Shown: one piece after another, positions 47,501 through 64,000 of the stretch
Layout of the letters: each line of letters begins with the position of its first letter
Position numbering within the stretch: the stretch's first letter is position 1
Assembly (NCBI RefSeq): GCF_018977255.1
Contig: NW_024704742.1
Coordinates: 53,012,001 to 53,076,000 of the forward strand
From: Callorhinchus milii
Taxonomy: Eukaryota
DNA: 64,000 nt
Direction of reading: 5' to 3'
Notes under the pieces: generated by a model
The model's database searches: none
Told to the model about the DNA's origin: nothing
What the model saw: only the letters and a program-made list of their open reading frames with translations
Program-made: the position numbers and the translations under genes

Positions 47501-50500
47501 GAAGGAGTGTTATTTGGTGAAGTGCTTTGCGACGTCTAAAGACGTGAAAATGCCTATATCAAATGCAAGGATTATTATTCCCTCCAGATTTTTCTATTTT
47601 GTTCACAGGTTTTTGAATAATGATTTGTTCCATTAATTTCCTTGCAGACCTTGCTAGTAACCAAAGCTTCTGGAAGAGTGGTGGTGATTATGGGATCTAC
47701 AAGTGACCTTGGCCATAGTCAAAAAATAAAGCAAGCATGTGGAAATTATGGTATACCATGTGAATTACGGGTTTCATCTGCTCACAAGGGTCCAGATGAA
47801 ACTCTTCGAATTAAAGCGGAGTATGAAGGCAAGTGGAAAACAAAAACTGGAATTCTTTACTGAGATAAATCTGAACTTGCAAGCTAATTTCCTAACCCTT
47901 TCACATCTTCTAGCTACTGACTCCTGCTTGGTATAAGGTACTGCACAGGTCCCTTGAACCTTGCACTCAATTTTGTGATCTTGGGGAGTAAGGCCCTACT
48001 GCTGAGATCAGTTAACTTGAAATGTTGTGTCTATATTTGCTTTGCTAACAACCACGAGATGGGAATCCTAGTGTTAACGCAGCCAAGGTTTTAATTCATA
48101 TTGAGAATTTACTGAGTTGTCCAACAAACTTTAAAAAGATTAACTTTTTAAAAAATGTCTTCATCGAAACAAAATACAGCATAAAAAGATCAGATACTGT
48201 TAAGGGAATGATTCCTTAAATATATTTGTTGCAAGATACACAAAAATGAGAACTGACTGCATTTATCTGCAGACTTGCTTGTATTGATTTACATATAGCC
48301 TCAAATAGTTTACAGTGCTTTGTGCAAACTTCAATTGGTTAAAGCATAGAGATCAACCTATTTTTGATATGTAAAATATAGGCTTATGATCATTCTGATC
48401 TTTTGACTTATTTAGTGATTTTTTTTGAATAGCAAATTCTATGAGAACTGGAATGCTGTAGACAAAGATGAACTTGTCAAGTTGTTGTGCAGTACATAAA
48501 CTACCGTTCATTAAAAGACTTGCTGCCATCCACATGACTTATTTCAATGCACACTTTGTTGAAGTTATAGTAAAGAAGAAGTGCCCTGTAGAGTTCATTC
48601 TTCCTGAAGTTGAACTTCTCTACTGTTGGCTTATAGAGTTGAAGAGTAATATTAACAAATTTATGGCTGATGTTAGAAAAGACATATGCAAGTTTTTTTT
48701 TCAAATTTGTTCTGTTGCATCCTACAGAGGTATTTCTTCCCAAGAGGGTGGATTTAGTGAGCTTTCACTGGCTGTTTTTCTGACTAAGCCAAATCTTTTC
48801 CATGTGCCAGATAAAATGGATTGGGGGGTGGAGGGGAAAGTTATTCAGAATTAAAGCTTACATGAAGAGTTCTGAAGTGAGTCTTATTTACAAAAACACT
48901 GGATCATGCAATTGGTTTGAATCTCTTGTGTTTTGGAATTGTTATGCCAGTGACCAGATGTACATTCATTGTGGTGCAACTTTATTTAGATTTTGACACT
49001 TGAAATTTGTTTTGATCCAGATTTCAAAACTTGACATATCTTAGTATGTGACCATTTTAAGAAACTCAACCTGTATATTTTTTGAAATTAGGTGATTATA
49101 TTCCTACTGTGTTTGTGGCTGTTGCTGGTAGGAGTAATGGCTTGGGACCAGTACTGTCAGGAAACACTACCTACCCTGTAATAAACTGTCCTCCCCTCTC
49201 TGCTGACTGGGGAGCTGAAGATATCTGGTCATCACTCCGAATGCCTAGTGGTAAGTTGTCGAGTTTGTAAAGTGTCTGAGTACATATAGAAAATGGTGAT
49301 ATATTGAAATGTAGATGTGAACTACTGTTTTAGCTGCAAAATAGATTTGAGTTCCACAAAAAAACAAGAGATGGATGAATCTTTCCTGATTTCACAACAT
49401 AACAAATGTTCAGGTGACATTTGTAGCACTTCTACAGTAAACTTCAGTACAACATTAATGAGATGTGCATTGATGTTGTTCTAAAGTTTTACAATTGTTT
49501 GTGCTGAATAAAATTGCAAAATGAACTATAACATTTTCTGAAAGGATTTGAGATTGATGGATTTTTAAAAATGACCAAATGCTGTCACTTGTGTAGATTT
49601 AGATTCTATCATATGGGAACAGGCAACTCAAAAGATAGAAAAGTAACTTGACCTTAGTAAAATTATTTAAACTCCACTAAGTTGACAAGTATTGCATTTT
49701 CTTAAAGCAACTTTACAACACTATTCCATATGCCAGCCTGGTGCAGTGGTAGCACTCTTGCCTCCGAGTCAGAAGGTTGTGGGTTCAAGCCCAAAGTTGG
49801 AACTTGGAATCACATAGTCTAAGCTAACAGTGCAGTCCTGGAGTGTATTGCATTGCCAAACTTTGGATGAGACCTGAAACCAAGGTCCCAACTGTCTGTT
49901 CAGGTGGACGTTAAATATCCCATGGCATTATTCGAAAAGAAAAGGAAATTTCTCCAGGTTTCCAAGCCAATAGTCCCCCAAGTCAAATTGGCCACTCCAT
50001 GGCTGTTTGTGGGATATTGCTCTGTGCAAACTGGCTGCTGTTTTTGCCCACAAAATAGTCAATCCATTTTATAGTCCTGTGGGTCCTGTAACATATTGTT
50101 TAGAGCACTCGCTTCGCAAGTAAGAGGACCTCGGCAAGTTTCCTTACTCCACACACCTCTGTTTACCGAGCAGCAAGTAGGAACACGTTTGTTAGTTAAT
50201 TGGCTGATTGCTTTACTGAGGGTAATATTTCCTTCAAAAAAAATAATAAATAATAATTTGGTCACTCAGTCCACAGCTGTTAGGGGGACACTGCTAAGTG
50301 CAATTGGCTGCTGTTTAATCCACAAAATATAGTCAATTCACTTTGCAGTGTATTCTGTGAAGCGCTTTGAGAATTAAAATAATAATGACATGATAAGGTG
50401 CAATATCAGATGCAAGGATTGTTATTCCATACTGAATTATTGTCATTCACTTTCAATTATGGGAGCAACATCTACACAGTAATTGTTTAGATTCACAATT

Positions 50501-50886
50501 CTTGAAAGCATTCCATTCAACTGCACATGATCTAATGTAGAAACAGAAGCTTCTTTGTCCCCTCTGACATTTCCCCTTAAACTTGCACATTATTAACTAA
50601 TCATTTAAATACAGGAGGTATTACATCAGAACCTGACATTGCATGGACACTGGATAGAGATTTTAAGTAACTTTTTTTTCTTCCCCACCTCGTGCTTATC
50701 TTTCTAGGTCTTGGCTGTTCCACTGTTCTGTTTCCTGAAGCAGCAGCACTTTTTGCTGCTCAGATCTTTGCTCAGTCCAATCACTTGGTGTGGGCAAAAC
50801 TGCGAGCAAATATGTTAAACACCTGGGTTTCTCTGAAGAAAGCTGACAAGCAGACGAGAGCCAACGATCAAAAGTATTCCTTCTGA
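41506..50886 (+). CDS. PAICS: Bifunctional SAICAR synthetase / AIR carboxylase, complete, 429 aa
   Basis: 9 coding exons: 41506-41521, 41931-42128, 44154-44332, 45702-45881, 45960-46073, 46678-46761, 47648-47828, 49092-49250, 50708-50886 (1290 nt, ends TGA). Motifs [58 protein letters not shown]. Confidence 0.98.
41931..42128 (+). CDS. PAICS: PAICS coding exon 2
   Basis: [19 protein letters not shown]...LLQEA. Confidence 0.96.
42440..43575 (-). mobile_element. L2 3' fragment in PAICS intron
   Basis: [26 protein letters not shown]2 tail. Confidence 0.9.
44154..44332 (+). CDS. PAICS: PAICS coding exon 3
   Basis: GIKTA...[18 protein letters not shown]...EMFFK. Confidence 0.96.
45702..45881 (+). 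CDS. PAICS: PAICS coding exon 4
   Basis: [14 protein letters not shown]...CTLVDMK. Confidence 0.96.
45960..46073 (+). CDS. PAICS: PAICS coding exon 5
   Basis: VEFGV...[17 protein letters not shown]...DKQ. Confidence 0.96.
46678..46761 (+). CDS. PAICS: PAICS coding exon 6
   Basis: [28 protein letters not shown]. Confidence 0.95.
47648..47828 (+). CDS. PAICS: PAICS coding exon 7 (GC donor)
   Basis: [14 protein letters not shown]...[17 protein letters not shown]; donor AAG|GCAAGT. Confidence 0.92.
49092..49250 (+). CDS. PAICS: PAICS coding exon 8
   Basis: [21 protein letters not shown]...WSSLRMPS. Confidence 0.96.
49734..50075 (+). mobile_element. Older DeuSINE
   Basis: Collinear with 13705-14050. 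Confidence 0.78.
50100..50425 (+). mobile_element. tRNA SINE, long-middle variant
   Basis: Collinear with the reverse complement of 25580-25942. Confidence 0.78.
50708..50886 (+). CDS. PAICS: PAICS coding exon 9 (stop)
   Basis: [20 protein letters not shown]...KYSF*. Confidence 0.95.
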
Positions 50887-51197
50887 GATGAATGATCATT
50901 GATCACATTCAACACACTGTATGTGCAGGAGCAATATACTACTTAAAATGTTTGAATTCAAAACCCAATGTGACTATTTGTTAGTTTAGATACTCTTCAG
51001 CATAGTGATCGGTTTCTGCATGTGTCAGACACCTGGCTGCCCCCCCTATCCCCCCAAAATACTGCTTATAACCAATGAAGTATCTGGTATTTGTGATTAA
51101 CCTGTTAAGTCTTCAATGATGTGGTAGGGCAAATGACTGTTATAGAATCATTTAAGCACTCAATGAAAATCTGTAACTGAATTAACTATTTGTAACT

Positions 51198-51203
51198 AAT
51201 AAA
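51198..51203 (+). terminator. Candidate PAICS polyadenylation signal
   Basis: AATAAA about 310 nt after the PAICS stop codon. Confidence 0.4.
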
Positions 51204-53314
51204 TTCTAGGAGATCATGCATCTCGATGTTGAGCTGCACTGGCACCCAAGGTAGTTGTGTGAGTTCTTCTGGTCTAGGTACCAAGCCACAGTTTGACTGT
51301 TTAGAGAATTTAAAATCTCCTTTATGGTCAAGCCAATACTTATGTTGCATTCCTTAAACTTAGCATTGTCATATCTGTGGTACTGGTTTTGAGCTAAAGT
51401 AATCTGAAGTGAGAATTTCATTGTTAAACATTTTTGGAAGTTTGAAATTACTCAGATTATTCATTCAATGTTAAGCTTTTCATCATGTTCCATTGTATTG
51501 CATCTGCAGTTGATATTAAAGGATGTATCCTAACAAGCTTCACTTGTATGAATTGCTCATTTCCTAATGATTGAACATCTTTCTTTCCTTCAACACAAAC
51601 ATAAGTAAGGAGGGCTGGTGGCATTTTGTTTTTAAAAAGAAGTGCTGTTATGTAAAATTTCCAATGTCAATCTACAGCAGAGGATTATCATGTAAGGAAG
51701 AAAAAGCTTATGGAATTAATCTTTTGGTAGAACTGAGTGCAGTAGCCCTGAAGATAAATGAAAACAAATACAATTATACCAAAAACACTGCCATTTGTGT
51801 GAGCATAATAATGAGTGACTCAACTGGAAAAAGTAAATAGCAGGTGATAAAGATTTAAGGAGAAACTGCCTGAAGGGTGGAGATGTCAAAATATGGGCTG
51901 ATTTGTGCATACAAAACACTAATGGGAGGTTTCTGCAGGATAGAACCTGCACTAAAGATCTCTAGATCAATTTAAGTTTAAACAAATAACACTAGTGCAG
52001 CTTGCAAGGAGAGTAATTGATATTGTGTCAAAGCAGCAATGATGAGATAAGGACATAAGTTGACAGTGATAGCTAAACATAATGTCCTTCCCTAACATCA
52101 CTGCATTTTTTTTTGCAAGAGGGGAGAATGATCAGACAACTTAGCTGCCCTTCCAGAATCTTGAAAGCTAATTCTATTGCCAAGTTAATACAGCACAGGG
52201 CAGAATCCAACCTGCTCTGTTCAGTTTTCTATAATATCAGTCAGCCTCTACGACAAGGTTACCTGAGAGCCACATGTGACAGTATAATCTGTACAGAATG
52301 CATCCATTAATTGTGATTAAAAAGTGAAATTAACTTTGCTTGATGACAACATGCTGTTCAGTTACTAACTGCAGATTAAGTTTTGTGCTAGTCGACATGT
52401 TTTGCCCACAGAATAAACAGTCAATTCACTTTACAATATATTCTGTGAAGTGCTTTGTGACGTCTCAAGGCGCTGTTTCAAGAAGGACGAAAGCAGTCGG
52501 GAGAATGGAATGAAATTCTGTTCTGGATCCAGATTTCCGTTAGTTCAGTGAGGGAGGGTATTCCCTCCTTTGGCTCAAGAAGGGGAAATAACAACCATCA
52601 ACAAAATTTGAGAAGCACTGACAGACTGATTCCAATTCCTGATGTGGGGAGAGTGCTATCGCTGACACAAGAGAATTTAAGCAAGCTATATCATTCAACT
52701 ATATTTGTGATCTAAACAAATTTGTACATGTTTACCTTAGAGAAAATTGCTACGTGAATTCTTGAATTGTTAACTTTTGTAAGTACAAACAAGGAAATGT
52801 AAAAAAGTTATAATGTATCCAGCTTTGCTCCTGTACTACACCACTTCTGTTGTTCTGATTCTCTTGGATCTTCCTTTACTAATACTATAAAGTTATCAGT
52901 TTTGAGAGGAGCTGGGTCGCTTAATAATTACCCTTTCACCTGTGTGAGAAGGAAGTTCGTTCCCGTAATCACCCGTTATATAAAAGTATAATTTCCTTTC
53001 CTTGGAGTAGACGGGTTATGTCAGCCTGGCTATAGGATGTCAGTGGCACTCTTTCCTCTGAGCAAGAAGATTGTGGGTTCAAACTTCAGTATATTCAGAA
53101 CAGGTCTGGCAGAGTGCCTTCTAAGGCTGCTATGGGTTAAAAATTGAACGAGCAAAGTTTTTTTTAAAAGCTCTTGCTGCTACCACACCTGTTTCAAAGC
53201 TACATTTTCTGCCATTGGATGGCACTGCAACACTTTGAAGCTTTATGCAGCAGAAAATGCCTTTTCCACGGTGGGGTGTTATATTTCAGTCCACGTTTCA
53301 TATGGTTAAATTAT

Positions 53315-53525
53315 AACATCAACATATTACATGTGTATAGCACCTTTCATGTCAGGAGGACGTCCCAAGGCACTGGACAGTCGGATCCACACCCGAGTTG
53401 GTGGTTGGGTGGAGAGGGTAGGGATAAGAGGGTGACCGAATGCACAGTCGAAGAGGAGTGTCTGTCTTGAGCCGGGTCTTGAAGGAAGCAAGGGACAGGG
53501 CGAGGTGGAGGGATTGTGGGATGTA
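53315..53525 (-). mobile_element. L2 3' end
   Basis: TLLFDCAFGH and the L2 tail. Confidence 0.75.
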
Positions 53526-55359
53526 AAACCAGACATATGTGGAACTCTCAACAGCTTGGTTTGGAGACTTTTAAGCATGGTGATTGGTTTCATATACCCA
53601 GCTGACCCCAAACAATTTTTAGATTACCTTAAATTCACAATTAGATTGTTATTGTGATAGTGAGTTCTCTTCACTTATCAACAACACTTTGTGTCTTCTG
53701 TAACGGGTTTGATACTGAGATAAGCATAAGTATATATATATATTAAAAAAGTTTGTTCCCTGCTCAAACTGTAAGTGCCAGCATTTTATGTATTACGACT
53801 CAGTTTTAAGGCTTTGGGATGTTGTCAAAATATATGCTTGTGTCGATTAAATATTTTGCATTTATTTTGAAGTGCGTATTTTAAATTTGTTAATATAAAC
53901 AAGATACTGGTTTAGACTCGAGAAATCCAGACGCTAATCACTGGAGCATTGGGTATAATACTGTGAGAGTACGTAAATCAAAACCACAACCAGATAACTA
54001 ATTTCTTCTGCTCCAAAAAAGCCATTAGGCTTAACATTATGGGTTATTTTCTTTAAAGAACAGTCTACACATAACAATAACAAAATTACATTTGTATAAC
54101 GCCTTTCACATCGGGAGGACGTCCAAAGCTATTGATATACATAGGAAATCATATCAGCTCAAGTCTCACCAAGATTTAAGACTAATCCATCTTGTACTGT
54201 GTTAAGATTATTACTATGATTATCTTTGTGGATTTAGTATAGGAGCATAGTAACACACATCCAATCATTTTACCAGCCGTGCATGTTAAAGATGTGTTAA
54301 GGTTTGGTCGCAATGAATACTAGTTTTATTTTTTACTGTGGAAAAATGACTATCTGATTGACTATTGTAGGTTTAGTGATGACACTTTTAGTTACCTAAC
54401 CTGACTGAACGCTGCACTCACACTAGACAGTAATATTGGATTACTCTACGTTAAATAAACATTAATCCATTTGGACAATTATGAGGAGCTATCATTTCAA
54501 TGAGCCAGATTACCACATTTCTGAAAGCACTAAACAGTAATTTGAAGTAGTTTTTAATAACCGAAGTGTTATTCTGATAGCCGTAGAAATTACATAATTG
54601 TTCTTCATGAAAACCTGATATTATACAGTAATTACACTGCAAAGCAGGCTTGACATCTTTGAATGCATTCATTTAAAATATTTGATCAGATTAAATTGAC
54701 CAAGAAGCAACTTGGTTTCTTAAATGAATTATAGATGTTCTATCTGAAAATCTAACACATTTCAACTTTTACAAATCTGTTTGATTGGATATTGACCAAT
54801 GAATAAGTCAGATATTGAAAGCTAGTATCTGGTCGGTCTGTCACCAGCATTTGAAAAAATTAAGTACTCCAGGATAAGATACAAAAGTACATTATCCTCT
54901 GCCTTTCATTTAAAATTTGATAATAATTTGCTGCGGCCTTTCAAGTCAGGAAGACATGCCAAAGCAGTTCCCAGAATATACTGCGAAGTGTAGTGACTGT
55001 CTATTTTGTACACCAAAGTGGCAGCCAATTTGTGCATAGCAACATCCCATAAAACAGCCATGAAGGGAATGAGCAGTTGTTTGCACAACCCCTTTGCTCA
55101 GAAACATCCCCTGCACTGCATTGGAATGCAATCTTAGACTATATGAGTTCCAATACAGTATTTAGCATTATTTTGAAAATAAGGCATTTAAATACTAATA
55201 TTTATCTTCAGAACTATAAATATCAAACTGTACCCTTAATAAATTAGCAGATAAGAAATATCAGAGGGTTAGCTCTTTGTAGACTTCATCCCAGAGTATT
55301 GCATTATTTTAAACAAGCATTTTAAACAGGATTAATTGGGAGAAATATGTCAAAATAGA

Positions 55360-55730
55360 ACAAAATTACATTTGTATAGCGCATTTCACATTGGGAGGAT
55401 ATCCCAAGGCGCTGGACAATTAGTGTTTTGGACCCGAGATGGGGGTCGGGTTCGGGGAGGGTGGAGGACGGTGGGGGGATGGAGAGTGACCGAAAGCACG
55501 GTCGAAGTGGAGTGTCTTGAGACAGGTCTTGAAGGAGGAAAGGGATGGGCTGAGGTGGAGGGACTGCGGGATGGAGTTCCAAACTGTAGGGGCAGAGTGG
55601 CTGAAAGCCGTCGTCCCAATGGTGGGTGGGCGAAGCGGGGGATGTGAAACAGGCCAGAGGCCGCTGAGTGGAGGGAATGGGCAGGTTGGTAGGGAGTTAG
55701 GAGAGGTTGACCCCATGTCTGCGGATGATT
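55360..55730 (-). mobile_element. L2 3' fragment
   Basis: AFSHSAPTVWNSIPQSL...FDRAFGH and the L2 tail. Confidence 0.85.
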
Positions 55731-56781
55731 AAGATTAAGAGTAGAAATTGAACCAAGCTTTTAATAACCAAAGTGTTATTCTGATAGCCTCAGATACAGA
55801 TTAGAAAGCATCTTGCACAAGTTTCAGTTTTTGATGTTCATTTTATTTTAAAATGTACATGTTAAATACATAAGCTGAGATTGGATTTCTGTAGAAACAT
55901 TTTATATATGATTTATGTACAAAGAAGCCAAACAACTGGCATGTTTACAAAAAAAACAGAAACTGGAATTAGAACTTGAAAATAATACAAACATTTCATG
56001 GGAAGCAGGAATGCAAATCATGAGACCACAAAGTGTGCAATCTTCAAAAACAGTGTAAGGCATTTTACTACTTACAAAAAAAAGTGCAAAAAAGATGTTT
56101 TCTGCTTTCTTTTCAGTAAGCAGAACACTTAAATATAGACAAAAATAAGTACTTATATCAGCTACAATTTACTATAATTTGAAGTACCCAATGTTAAAAA
56201 AATCTATGTTTTAAAGTTCACTTCTAATTTGTTGTATTCAAACTTTTCAGCAATGTTTTATGACTTACTGGACAGGTATAGAGTAAAATGTTCATGTATG
56301 CTCATTAGCAGTGGTGCCATTTTACTGAATTGGAAAACTCAATAACTCAATTTTCTAATTTTGTTAGAAAATCTGGAATATTTGTGCAAATCATGGCAAT
56401 CATATTGTATAAAGAACAAAACACATCTTTAGTGTTGCAAACTGATACCATCTAACACAGCTAGTCCAGTCTAAATGCTTTAAAACTAAGCAAAATGTCC
56501 CTGGATTTTTGTCCATCCAAGAGTTTTTAAACATGGTATTAAAGGGCATTGCTGTTCTATTACAACCTTCTATCTTATGCAAAGAATTGTAGTTACCTTT
56601 TTGTGTTTTGGGACTTTCAGTTGACAGAATAGATTGCATTTGTTGAGATCGTGCCTGTAAGTATATATGCCTCTAATTGCACTCACTCAGAAACCAGGAT
56701 TGCATGTGAGAAGATAGCAATGAGCGAAATTATGATTGAAAAGAGGATTGGATGGTCTTTTAGATAAGCCCAGGCGGTTAG

Positions 56782-63499
<6,718 letters not shown>

Positions 63500-64000
63500 C
63501 TTTAAAACACAAGTGAAGGAATGTTGAATTTCTTCTTATTATTATTATTATTATATATGATTACCCAGGACAGTTAGAAATAACACAAGATCCTAAGTAT
63601 TGCAGCTATATACTGATCCAGAAAGACTATATGGTAGTACAGTAAAATAAAGGTTAGACTTGGCTCTAAATGGACACTTAAACTAATAGAAACAATAGCT
63701 CAGCTGAGTAAGAACCCCTTTGAACAAAGATCTTTAATAAACACTGGCTATTAGTAAATGTAATTTGCAGAAGCAAGGTGACCTGTCTCAAATTGCAGCT
63801 AAATTAAAAAAAGTCCTACCTGTTTATGTTAACCGGGGGTGGGGGGATTTGAACAAATATTGTCGACGTAAGCGGGAATAACACAATATATGCAGTGCTG
63901 TTAGGGACTTTTAAAAATTGAAATTTGTTTCGTCGATATACGTAGATAAGTGGTTGGCAATATAATCTAAAATGCAAAATTGTGTCTCTTCAGGGAATGT

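Overview
Vertebrate genomic DNA, most likely from a cartilaginous fish (inferred from the shark-type tRNA/Deu SINEs, L2 and CR1 LINEs; a chimaera such as Callorhinchus is plausible but not provable here). It holds four spliced protein-coding genes, each rebuilt exon by exon with consistent splice phases: AASDH (minus strand, first 7 coding exons, runs off the left edge), PPAT (minus, complete, 11 exons, 513 aa), PAICS (plus, complete, 9 coding exons, 429 aa) and a LONRF1-like gene (minus, last 8 exons, runs off the right edge). PPAT and PAICS sit head to head on a shared CpG-island promoter. Introns and intergenic DNA are rich in SINEs, L2/CR1 fragments, minisatellites and two small inverted-repeat elements. 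I found no convincing novel multi-gene system. The most interesting observations are a GC-AG intron in PAICS, an in-frame alternative donor in AASDH, apparent SINE/LINE 3'-tail exchange intermediates, a minisatellite derived from an L2 3' UTR, and a LONRF gene where human has SRP72.
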